A stretch of DNA of 32,000 bases from Comamonadaceae bacterium. GTDB taxonomy: Bacteria; Pseudomonadota; Gammaproteobacteria; Burkholderiales; Burkholderiaceae_C. Under the pieces are notes generated by a model that saw only the letters and a program-made list of their open reading frames with translations, had not been told where the DNA came from and ran no database searches. Every line of letters begins with the position of its first letter. Position 1 is the stretch's first letter. The position numbers and the translations under genes are program-made. Shown one piece after another: positions 16,795-25,510 of this stretch. Where the stretch lies: positions 82,424 to 114,423 of the forward strand of contig CANGNS010000002.1 of the NCBI GenBank assembly GCA_947455465.1. Direction: 5' to 3'.

Positions 16795-17091
16795 ATGACA
16801 ACACTAAAAGAACTCATTGCACAACGTGAAGCACTTGAAAAGCAAATCGCTGAAGTGCGCCAAACTGAACTTGCAGATGCAATTGCAAAAGTTCGTGCAT
16901 TGATCACTGAATTTGGACTGACTCAGTCAGACATCTTTGGTGGCACGGCGAAGGTGCGTAAAGTCAAAGATGCAACGAGCAAAGTTGCTGCTAAGTACCG
17001 TGACCCGATTTCTGGCAAAGAATGGTCTGGACGTGGACTCGCACCAAAGTGGTTGCAAGGCAAAGACAAGTCTCAGTACCTGATCGCTTGA
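16795..17091 (+). CDS. H-NS family nucleoid-associated protein
   Basis: N-terminal coiled coil (LKELIAQREALEKQIAEVRQ). The C-terminal DNA-binding motif is AAKYRDPISGKEWSGRGLAPKWL. Confidence 0.85.
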   Translation: MTTLKELIAQREALEKQIAEVRQTELADAIAKVRALITEFGLTQSDIFGGTAKVRKVKDATSKVAAKYRDPISGKEWSGRGLAPKWLQGKDKSQYLIA

Positions 17092-17115
17092 TAGCTCAAG
17101 TCTTAGACTGACAAG

Positions 17116-17146
17116 AAGCCCATGTGAATTGCGTGGGCTTTTTTTA
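17116..17146 (+). terminator. Rho-independent terminator after the H-NS-like gene
   Basis: AAGCCCA-loop-TGGGCTT stem followed by a T run (17139-17145). It sits between convergent genes. Confidence 0.6.
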
Positions 17147-17154
17147 TGCGTGAA

Positions 17155-17754
17155 TCACAGCAAATTAACACTCGCTCTGAGCAGCTGGGGATTTGTATCC
17201 ACATATTTCATCGTGACAGCAGGGCCACTGTGCCCTGCCAATTCCATCAACACACGCACTGAAACGCCCTTGTTAGACAGAGCAGTCAAAAAACCACGCC
17301 GTGCGCTATGTGAACTCGCTCCAGCAATCCCAGCACTCTTGTACATGTAGTGAAAGTGCTGAGCGAGCGTAGACGCTGTGAAGCCCCTGTCTGGGTGCTT
17401 CTGACTGCTAAACAGTGCACGACTTGTGTCTGTGAATGTCACTGGGACTAGATCTTTGAGCTTGAAGCGCACTTGCAGGTAGTTCTTGATCTCTTCTTGC
17501 GCTTTGTCTGACAGAAAGACTGTGCGTCCCTTTGAGCCCTTCGTCATCTGTGCTGAAAGATAGATCTCTTCACGAATTTCACCCTCACTCGTGAGTACAT
17601 CAGCGAGACGAAGCGCAGCGAGTTCTCCAACTCGCATCCCAGTTAAATTTAAGACTGTGAACATTGCACGATTTCGTGCTGCGTGTTTCTTTGTTGCGAT
17701 CGACAACAATACTTTGCGAATTTCTCGCTCATTTAATACTTTAGCTTGCGGCAT
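17155..17754 (-). CDS. Short (199 aa) tyrosine recombinase, catalytic domain only
   Basis: TGMRVGELAALRLADV (R), KGSKGRTVFL (K), HSARRGFLT (HxxR), LAGHSGPAVTMKYV (H, Y). There is no N-terminal SAM-like or arm-binding domain. Confidence 0.85.
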   Translation of the reverse strand: MPQAKVLNEREIRKVLLSIATKKHAARNRAMFTVLNLTGMRVGELAALRLADVLTSEGEIREEIYLSAQMTKGSKGRTVFLSDKAQEEIKNYLQVRFKLKDLVPVTFTDTSRALFSSQKHPDRGFTASTLAQHFHYMYKSAGIAGASSHSARRGFLTALSNKGVSVRVLMELAGHSGPAVTMKYVDTNPQLLRASVNLL

Positions 17755-18166
17755 TGAACTTTTACTCCTAAATCAATCAATAGAGAAGTATTTAGTGTGC
17801 TCCCTTTGATTCGGTCGGACAATAGTTTTTGCCGAAATATTTTTCCTATATAAATCAACGACCTACGTCATACCAAATGAAATGTGAGAAAGTATTGATT
17901 TTCAGCCGCAGCATTCCATTTGTCGATTCAGTGAATTTCAGTGGCTCATAGTCTTACGTGTGCGTATCTGATTGAAAGTGAACCTTCAGTTCACTTAGTG
18001 CTTTCGCAACTCATTTCGCTTCGCTCATTCGTTTGCTCAGCACTGAATCTATTAATTTAATCTAATAGTTCACTTCAATAAATTGATCTGAATGGAAAAC
18101 TAAATGAATTAATGAAGTAATTGAATTCGGTATCTGGTCTTGTGTTCTCATCTCTGTACTTGAGCC

Positions 18167-18199
18167 GTAACCACCCTTCGAAAGCGAAGAGGTGGTTAC
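18167..18199 (+). other. Strong hairpin inside a ~1 kb non-coding gap
   Basis: GTAACCACCCTTCG-AAAG-CGAAG(A)GGTGGTTAC gives a 14-bp stem with one bulged A. It is followed by TTTCGTCTTGT, so it could terminate a plus-strand transcript. Confidence 0.4.
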
Positions 18200-18738
18200 T
18201 TTCGTCTTGTCCATCGCCATGTGACAACCAGTTGGAATCATCAAAGGGTGCTCAATGAGCATGTCGCTACGCAATTGCGTACTTCAATGATGATCGTATT
18301 TAATGGGCATTTTTCGTCCGCTCTTGGCTCTGCTCCTAACCGTACCAACAGCGATTTCTAAAGCATCTTTCAGGTGTTATTGATGCTATGGCGGACTTTG
18401 TTCAAGTTGCTCTTCTTGTTCAGTCTGTTACCAAACCGATTACTACTACGATGTAGGAAATGTTTTGCTGATTCAGCACTCATTTATAGCGTCCCTGGGA
18501 GGGTGGTCCTACAAAGCGTGTGCTGAACTTCACACTATCTACCGTCACACCAACAATGAGAACGGACTTACGGCATGCTTTGAAGTGATGCTAACTTTTC
18601 ATTCAGTTACATACTTATTTATGCCTAACCAATGAAAAGAAATAATTTACCAATGAATTTTTGGATAAATACAGTAGGAATTTCTATTTAGTGGTAGCAA
18701 CATCTGTGTTCTTTCAACACAAATGGAGTTAAAAACAA

Positions 18739-19179
18739 ATGGCTACTCAACTTAGTTCACTGAAGATCACAAATGTCGTGCGTCAAAACAAGACGAACAC
18801 GAACGAGTTTCGCAAAACGAAACTGATCAAGAAGTTGGATGAACAAATTGGTCTTGCGACTGCACAGAAGAACGGCGAGTTGTTCACAGTCAAGCGACTG
18901 AAGAATGTCAAAGACGAAGCTAGTGGAGCATCAAGTCAGATTGAAGTGTCAAAGCGCATCAACGCTTGGTTCTGGACTGATAACAACAAGACTTACTTGC
19001 AGATCAAGTACGGGACCAAAGTGCTTGATCTACAGAAGGGAAAGAACACGATTGAGTGTGCAAGTCAGGACGAACTGATCAAGACATTACTCTTGATTAA
19101 GAGTGCTGTTGCTAGTGGGGAGCTAGATGCAGTGATTGAAGCTGCAAGTGTGAAGGTGCGAGAGCGATTCAAGAGGTAA
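18739..19179 (+). CDS. Hypothetical protein
   Basis: 146-aa ORF followed by a terminator. No family recognised with confidence. Confidence 0.6.
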   Translation: MATQLSSLKITNVVRQNKTNTNEFRKTKLIKKLDEQIGLATAQKNGELFTVKRLKNVKDEASGASSQIEVSKRINAWFWTDNNKTYLQIKYGTKVLDLQKGKNTIECASQDELIKTLLLIKSAVASGELDAVIEAASVKVRERFKR

Positions 19180-19203
19180 ACTCATCATACTCAAAACAAG
19201 AAG

Positions 19204-19227
19204 AGTCACTTGAGGTGACTTTTTTTG
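19204..19227 (+). terminator. Rho-independent terminator
   Basis: AGTCACT-TGA-GGTGACT stem followed by T7 (19220-19227). Confidence 0.55.
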
Positions 19228-19265
19228 TGGAATGAGCTTCTACATCAGATTAATACATTAAAAGC

Positions 19266-21407
19266 ATGAACGATAAGCAATTCAAAATATTAAGTTTTTT
19301 ACTTGCTGCAATATTTATCCTATTGTTCATTATATTTTTTGGACATATTTTTTCATTTGTATCATCCATTTTTATTGGTGCAATTGGGTTAATCGCCTTA
19401 AGTGGCTTAATAATTAGCAACTTAAAGCCTATACACTTTTTTGCGTTTGGACTACTAATATTTTATTCTGGAATAGTTTATTTCTCAGTGAAATATGAAA
19501 AAAAGAAAGAGCAAAAAAAGCAAGCGAAGATTAATGAAATAATTCATTTCCTAAATAATGAAGTTCAAATTGCAATTGACAACATCTACAACAAAGAAAC
19601 TATTAAAGACCCATCAAAAACAATAGAAATATTAAAAAGAACGAGCATTCTTGATAGCAGCGATTGGAGAATAGCATATTCATTTTGTGCGCTAGGTGAA
19701 ATCCATTGCACAAATACTTACGGCGTTTACGACATTCAAAAGGCTATAAATTTCTATACAGCTGCGATAAACAAGGGGAATAAATATGCCGAAATTACTT
19801 TAGGAAAAATTTATTTCGAAGGAAATAAAGTTAAAACCAATTATGAAATGGCTTGGCAATATTTTTATAATGTTAGAAAACTTTACCCATCAGAAGCAAA
19901 TTTGTACTTGGGTCTGATTCTGCGAAAGTGCCACAAGACATTTTTCGGCGTTGATAGCACAATTAGTCCAAACTCAAGTGATTACAAACTTGCATTTGAA
20001 TTAATTAGCAAGGCAGCCAAATCAGAAAATCCATTGTCTTTAGCTTCGTTTAAGCTTGGCGCAATGACGTACTTAGGTCAAGGCACAGAAAAAAATTATG
20101 ATTTAGCCTTCTCCCTTATGTATAGTTCAGTTACTACGTGCTGGGATGCTGAAGTCATTTATCTTGCAGAAATGTATAACTCGGGATTGGGTGTAGAAAA
20201 AAACTATGGGAGAGCTCTGTACTTCGCAATTATGGCAAATTATCTTGGCTCTGAATGTCAAGAATTTATTGAGGCAATAACAGAAAATACAAGTGATAGT
20301 GATAAGGCAGACGCCTACTATGATATTTCTTATTCAACAATTGATGATGAAAAGTTCAGTCATGAATACTTGGAAAAGTCTGAATCTCTTGGAAACGAGA
20401 GAGCGACTATTCAAAAAGCTTACTACCATATTCATGGTACGAATCAATATTACGAAATAAACACGGTAAAAGCGTACGAAGTCCTATTGCCACTTGCATT
20501 AAGTGGTAATGTCAATGCCCAGTACATGATTTCAGATTTGCTAATTAAAGGTGAAGGTATTGAACAAGACCGTAACAAAGGTTTTGATTTTCTTAATTTA
20601 GCTGCTGAGCAAGATCATTCAAATGCAAATGGATTGCTTGCATACTATTTGCAAGAAGAAAATAATGACAACATTAATGAACGTATCTTTAATCTTTATT
20701 TGAAGGCAGCAAAGTTAGGAAATGCTTACTCTTGCTATGTAGTTGGCGACATTTACTTGAATGGAATTCGCATTGATGGAAATTACGAAGAGGTTGAATT
20801 CGTTAAAAAAGATATTACACTAGGCATTCAATATTTGGAAGATGGGGCAACATATGGGAATGATGATTGTCAATTTTTATTAGGCACTGTCTATTACTAT
20901 GGCTTAAATTCAATTCCACCTGACTACGAAAAATCCTATACTTATTTTCGCAAATGCGTAAGCAGTGGTGGAAATTTTGCAAAAAAATATCTAGGGCTTC
21001 TTTACGATTTTGGGTTTGGTGTTGGCATGAACTCATACCGCGCAAACTCATACTACATTGATTTTCTCAAAGAATTTGAAGATGGCTTAGTTCATCACAA
21101 TATCGCAAGTAACTATATGCATGGCAAAGGTGCTAATGTTAATGTACCAGAGGCTCTTAAACATTATGAAATTGCTGCCCGTTTAGGATTCACTCCTTCT
21201 ACAATGGCACTTGCCTTTATGTATTTAGAAGGCAAACACAAAGTCAAAGATTTAATTAAATCTTTAACTTGGTTCTTTGTATCAGCAGAGTTGAATGAAA
21301 ATGATGCTTTTGAGCAAATTAAGTTAATAAAGGAAAAAATAAGTAGCGAAGGTATTGATAAGGCTAAAGCTGATGCCGAAATTATTCTAAGTAAAATTAA
21401 GAAATAA
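19266..21407 (+). CDS. Membrane-anchored Sel1-like repeat (SLR/TPR-like) protein
   Basis: N-terminal hydrophobic helices (FKILSFLLAAIFILLFIIFFGHIF..., IGLIALSGLIISNL, FFAFGLLIFYSGIVYF). These are followed by many Sel1-type repeats, for example AINFYTAAINKGNKYAEITLGKIYFEGNKVKTNYEMAWQYF and YFRKCVSSGGNFAKKYLGLLYDFGFGVGMNSYRANSYY. Confidence 0.85.
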   Translation: MNDKQFKILSFLLAAIFILLFIIFFGHIFSFVSSIFIGAIGLIALSGLIISNLKPIHFFAFGLLIFYSGIVYFSVKYEKKKEQKKQAKINEIIHFLNNEVQIAIDNIYNKETIKDPSKTIEILKRTSILDSSDWRIAYSFCALGEIHCTNTYGVYDIQKAINFYTAAINKGNKYAEITLGKIYFEGNKVKTNYEMAWQYFYNVRKLYPSEANLYLGLILRKCHKTFFGVDSTISPNSSDYKLAFELISKAAKSENPLSLASFKLGAMTYLGQGTEKNYDLAFSLMYSSVTTCWDAEVIYLAEMYNSGLGVEKNYGRALYFAIMANYLGSECQEFIEAITENTSDSDKADAYYDISYSTIDDEKFSHEYLEKSESLGNERATIQKAYYHIHGTNQYYEINTVKAYEVLLPLALSGNVNAQYMISDLLIKGEGIEQDRNKGFDFLNLAAEQDHSNANGLLAYYLQEENNDNINERIFNLYLKAAKLGNAYSCYVVGDIYLNGIRIDGNYEEVEFVKKDITLGIQYLEDGATYGNDDCQFLLGTVYYYGLNSIPPDYEKSYTYFRKCVSSGGNFAKKYLGLLYDFGFGVGMNSYRANSYYIDFLKEFEDGLVHHNIASNYMHGKGANVNVPEALKHYEIAARLGFTPSTMALAFMYLEGKHKVKDLIKSLTWFFVSAELNENDAFEQIKLIKEKISSEGIDKAKADAEIILSKIKK

Positions 21408-21459
21408 TTTCAGGCACAATATTTCAACAACGTTTTTCTCTTTTATCAACCTTGATTTT

Positions 21460-22761
21460 TTATCGTTGAATTAACTGTAACGCCTCTTCGATGACTCCAC
21501 ATCGCTCACCTTTTCCGATTTCTTTATCGTAGTCGAATGGCAACGGCCCACTGTAGAGCACTTTCCTATAGCGATCTAGTGGCTCTAGCAGTTCGAGCGT
21601 CATAAATCTTTTGTTGCCCTTTTTTGCGCATTCATTTTCTGTGAGACTGAAAGTCAATCTTTTGATGTCTTTGTCTGACGGGTTCTTCAAAACGATGTAC
21701 AGCTTGTTGTCGCTCACCCACCACACGTTTGACTCTTCCAGCTTCTGAGCTACTTCATCTGGAAATTGCTTGATCGTATTTTGGCTAGTCTGATCTGTTG
21801 CTTCAGATTGCACCGATATCGCCATATGACGCTTGTACATCTGATCTTCATGCACTAGCTTGAGGTTGGCCTCGACTTGCTGATGGTGCGTTGAATGATC
21901 AACCCAATGTCTGTTGACAATGTTTTTGTTGATCCATTCGACAATTCGCTCAAAGCATATTTCCCAAAACGAAATTTGTGTTGCTCGATAGGGCTTCACA
22001 CAATCGAACACTGTCATCTCGAATTCTTTCGCCTTCAGCAAACACTCGTCATAGTGATCTCTGTAGATGCCTATGAACTCTTTGCGTGAGATGAACTTTT
22101 CTCTTGAAAGCTCAGTGAACAAAGTCTCTTCAGTCACCTTGTCTGTTCCAAGCACTTGCCATTGGCGAATCTCACTGGGCGTCAATGTTCTTAGCTGCCA
22201 GTTTGGCGTCGTCTCAATTGCGTCTGTAAGCAACATGCTCACTCCCATTGACTGAACGTACTCTCTCAGTTCCTTAGCCCAACCTTCCATCACCTCAGCA
22301 ATCTTGTCTGTGCTTGAGGGATCTCCTGAGAAACTGCCCCTATGCACTTGCACTTCACCAAAGGCGAACCGCATCACGCCAGCAATCAAGACATCTACGC
22401 AGGCGCTCGCACAGGAGTCTTTTGGTCCTAGGTACGTGTTGAGCTTTCGTTCACGCAAGATTCGACCGATTTCTCTGGCAGTGACTGCATTACCACCCAG
22501 TGAGTTGAGATGCACTGCGTTCATGTGCAGAACAGAGTGGTACTCGTCTATCTGCGCCAGTGCTTTCCTGAAATCATCTAAGTCTGCCCGTGTGATCTCG
22601 TCTTCAATCTTGAGAGTGACTTCAACATTGTCTTTGTACGTCTCAAGTGTGACTTTTGCCCAGCTACTGAAAGAAACCGTAAGCAATGCGATCACGAATA
22701 AAAGTCTGGTGAGTCGCAAGTTCATGAGTGGTCGCTGTGGTGTGATTAAGGCTGCATTCAA
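21460..22761 (-). CDS. Secreted protein with a ClpP/SppA-fold-like N-terminal domain (COG3904-like?)
   Basis: Signal peptide MNLRLTRLLFVIALLTVSFSSWAKV. The likelier start is ATG 22725 rather than the track's TTG at 22761. SLGGNAVTAREIGRILRERKLNTYL...CASACVDVLIAGVMRF resembles periplasmic ClpP-fold proteins. The family call is weak. Confidence 0.6.
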   Translation of the reverse strand: MNAALITPQRPLMNLRLTRLLFVIALLTVSFSSWAKVTLETYKDNVEVTLKIEDEITRADLDDFRKALAQIDEYHSVLHMNAVHLNSLGGNAVTAREIGRILRERKLNTYLGPKDSCASACVDVLIAGVMRFAFGEVQVHRGSFSGDPSSTDKIAEVMEGWAKELREYVQSMGVSMLLTDAIETTPNWQLRTLTPSEIRQWQVLGTDKVTEETLFTELSREKFISRKEFIGIYRDHYDECLLKAKEFEMTVFDCVKPYRATQISFWEICFERIVEWINKNIVNRHWVDHSTHHQQVEANLKLVHEDQMYKRHMAISVQSEATDQTSQNTIKQFPDEVAQKLEESNVWWVSDNKLYIVLKNPSDKDIKRLTFSLTENECAKKGNKRFMTLELLEPLDRYRKVLYSGPLPFDYDKEIGKGERCGVIEEALQLIQR

Positions 22762-23126
22762 TTAAGCATTTGCTGCTTTAGTAATTGAGGAAATTTATTG
22801 TGTAGCTCTTGCGACCATGATTCAGTTCTTGACTCAAGCAACTCATCATTCTTTTTTTCTACCCACAACTCTACCAACGCATCAGCTTCTAAGACGTGTT
22901 CGTCAGTCATGCTTCTGCGTACAAATGCCCCAAGATCCTTGCCTTGCATATTGTCTAAAAATAAAGCGATGAAGAGCCATTTATAGGCGTCAACCACACG
23001 CTTTTCATCATTTCTTTTAGCAAGTATCTCAGACGCAAAAGTAATTTGCAGTTCTGACACTCCATTTTCCGAACAATGCTCAAGCCACTCAAATTCAGTT
23101 TTAAATTCGCTCTTTAAATTAGCCAT
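22758..23126 (-). CDS. Hypothetical protein
   Basis: 122-aa ORF. Its stop overlaps the downstream ORF start and its start overlaps the upstream stop by 1 nt, suggesting a coupled operon. Confidence 0.55.
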   Translation of the reverse strand: MANLKSEFKTEFEWLEHCSENGVSELQITFASEILAKRNDEKRVVDAYKWLFIALFLDNMQGKDLGAFVRRSMTDEHVLEADALVELWVEKKNDELLESRTESWSQELHNKFPQLLKQQMLN

Positions 23127-23566
23127 TACTTCCTATTATTATTTAACCAGCTTTGATAATCCATTGATGCATTACTTGCAGCAATCCTACGTTGAGTTTT
23201 TAAAATTTCCTTTTGTACATTCAACATTTCACCTTCAGGACTTTTCGGAAGAGCACTTCCTTGATATGAGGACTCATTATTCCCTATGTATAAAAGAAAT
23301 ATCGCAAACAAAAAAACTACTACTATTATGCCAACAGTCAATATAAAATCACTGAATGAATTGACTAGTCCAAAGTACATTGAAGCATAGTAAATCGCAC
23401 TGAACAATGCGCCTAAAATTAAAGATAAGGTAATCGTGTAAAAAATAAATTTTAAGGATTTACGATAAAGTAATTCTAGCAAGCATTTAGAAAAAATTAC
23501 AGATTTCCCAAAGTGTTCCATAATTTCACCTTTGAACTTGGCGAACTCTTCGGAGAATATAGACAT
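23126..23566 (-). CDS. Hypothetical membrane protein (2 predicted TM helices)
   Basis: Hydrophobic segments FIFYTITLSLILGALFSAIYYA and FILTVGIIVVVFLFAIFLLYI. Confidence 0.55.
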   Translation of the reverse strand: MSIFSEEFAKFKGEIMEHFGKSVIFSKCLLELLYRKSLKFIFYTITLSLILGALFSAIYYASMYFGLVNSFSDFILTVGIIVVVFLFAIFLLYIGNNESSYQGSALPKSPEGEMLNVQKEILKTQRRIAASNASMDYQSWLNNNRK

Positions 23567-23604
23567 AAAGATTCTTTCTCTATTTCATTCAATTTGAAAA
23601 GCAG

Positions 23605-23745
23605 TTAGTGCGAAACTTGTTCTCTATGAGCTTCTGAAGCAGCGACAGCTTGAGTCAAAATTGATTCATTAACAAAAAATTGACCTTCTTTTATTCTTGG
23701 CTTATATCCTGAAATACTGAATAAAAAATCTTCAATTTTTTTCAT
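23605..23745 (-). CDS. Possible 46-aa ORF filling the gap in the operon
   Basis: Below the track's length cut-off. ATG at 23745 reads MKKIEDFLFSISGYKPRIKEGQFFVNESILTQAVAASEAHREQVSH. It overlaps the stop of the upstream gene by 14 nt. Support comes only from its position. Confidence 0.25.
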   Translation of the reverse strand: MKKIEDFLFSISGYKPRIKEGQFFVNESILTQAVAASEAHREQVSH

Positions 23746-24052
23746 TTATAACCTCTTCTGGTTTTACAGAATCAATACTTTTTATCCATTTTTTCCACAA
23801 CAAAAATGCCATCAAAAATTGCCCAGCAAATTCACCTATAACTTCATAGCTGTTAAATGCTTCTCTTTCAGGTAGCTTAAAGAGCTTTACAGCAAGCATC
23901 AAAATCACCATTAGTGCCCAAAACCTTCTAGCATAGCTACAGTAGCTGTATATTTTTGATTCTCTTTTTCTTAAAATATACCAATAGATAAGAGGCAGAA
24001 ATACAGGAAGTAATAATGTAAAACAAATTAATAAAAATGGTACATATTCCAT
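23732..24052 (-). CDS. Hypothetical membrane protein
   Basis: Hydrophobic segments MEYVPFLLICFTLLLPVFLPLIYWYIL, FWALMVILMLAVKLF and FAGQFLMAFLLW. Confidence 0.55.
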   Translation of the reverse strand: MEYVPFLLICFTLLLPVFLPLIYWYILRKRESKIYSYCSYARRFWALMVILMLAVKLFKLPEREAFNSYEVIGEFAGQFLMAFLLWKKWIKSIDSVKPEEVINEKN

Positions 24053-24143
24053 ACTTTGCCTTTTATCTATAGATGACTAGCCAAAGCTATTGCCAAAGTT
24101 ATCCATAGATGTTTTTTCATTTTTTCACCTTTTTAAGTACATG

Positions 24144-25358
24144 CTATAGAACTGAAAATAATCTTAATTTAGAGTTAACAAATTCTTTTTGTTCTTCATC
24201 AAAACCATCTATCAATTTATGAGTCTTGAAGTACTCAACTATTAGATCAACTTTAATAGCTTTATTGTATTTTGAAATATAATCATCATCCATAGTAAAT
24301 AGATAAGATATTACTTCATCATGATGTATATATTCTGTTATAGCGAAATTATCCAAAACACTAAGATAAATCGTATCTAGTTTCAAACTAAATTCTTTTT
24401 CTGCGTCTAATTTTTCTGGCAAAGATTCAGCTATAAGTTGAATATAGATATCAGATAACTTTTTCCTTGAAGCATCTACCTCTTTTAGACAAATATTGCT
24501 ATCAAGTCCTCCAACATTAACTAGATCAGATCTAATCTCATCAATTGATTTAATAAAATCAAAATATGAATCTCTGACTAACTGATATGTTAACCCATCT
24601 CTCTTAAAACTATCTATAAATGAATTTTCAATAGTTCCTTTTTTGGCACTTAATTCAAGTGATAATTTGCTCTCTTTTTCATGAGCCTCTAACAATAAAG
24701 CGGCATTAGGAATTGGCTTGTGTTTGAACAAGAAAGGAAAATATGTTCTTTTATATAAAACATCTTCAAAAATACTCCTATTTTTTCTATAAGATATTTG
24801 TTCAATTTCTTCTAAATCAAAATCAACTATAGCATTTACCATTGGCTGTAATACGCTATCTCCTGTCTTTCTAGAATGTATTAAGCATTTAAGTAACTTA
24901 TCAGATGTTTGATTTCTAATTTCCGTATCAGTTATTTCCCTATTGTAATTTCTCTCCCAATTAACAGCAAAATAGGAAGGTAAATTATCATGTAATTCAT
25001 CAATATTGCTTGATTTATTAAAAACAAATAGCATTGTTTCTTCAAACAAATTTATTCCTAATTCATAAAGTTCAGCTAAATGAGGATTTCTATCTTTAAC
25101 TACAGCTAGAACGCTTCCTAGCATTACATCACCTAATAAATGTCTATCGTTATAAGCATAGCGATAGAAAAATAGTTGTAAGCATTGACAGGCTGGCTCT
25201 ATTAGATTTTTCTCTTCTTCTGTAAGTTGAACATTAGGATCTTGCCAGTCTGAGAAAGGATATCCGCAACTATCTATAAGCAAAGCCAATGAAGCAATAG
25301 ATTGCGATGCTTTTTTAGGATATATTTTTATCTCCTTTTTCTTAAAAAAATTAAACAT
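24144..25358 (-). CDS. Hypothetical protein, first gene of the minus-strand operon
   Basis: 404-aa uninterrupted ORF in very AT-rich DNA. No family recognised. Confidence 0.6.
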   Translation of the reverse strand: MFNFFKKKEIKIYPKKASQSIASLALLIDSCGYPFSDWQDPNVQLTEEEKNLIEPACQCLQLFFYRYAYNDRHLLGDVMLGSVLAVVKDRNPHLAELYELGINLFEETMLFVFNKSSNIDELHDNLPSYFAVNWERNYNREITDTEIRNQTSDKLLKCLIHSRKTGDSVLQPMVNAIVDFDLEEIEQISYRKNRSIFEDVLYKRTYFPFLFKHKPIPNAALLLEAHEKESKLSLELSAKKGTIENSFIDSFKRDGLTYQLVRDSYFDFIKSIDEIRSDLVNVGGLDSNICLKEVDASRKKLSDIYIQLIAESLPEKLDAEKEFSLKLDTIYLSVLDNFAITEYIHHDEVISYLFTMDDDYISKYNKAIKVDLIVEYFKTHKLIDGFDEEQKEFVNSKLRLFSVL

Positions 25359-25510
25359 AGTTAATAACGCTTTATAAAAGAAATTGGAAATAAATCTTTA
25401 TTTTGATTTAGTAGCTGTTTTGCCGATTTTCTTTCTAGCATCAAGCAATTTAGCTGTGTTCTCTTCACGCTTCTTGTCTACAGCGATAAATAATATGAAG
25501 AGGACTTAAA

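Noticed and set aside
18062-18274. 70-aa minus-strand ORF in the non-coding gap
   Set aside because: It has no RBS and no recognisable motif, and it spans the strong hairpin. It is more likely non-coding.
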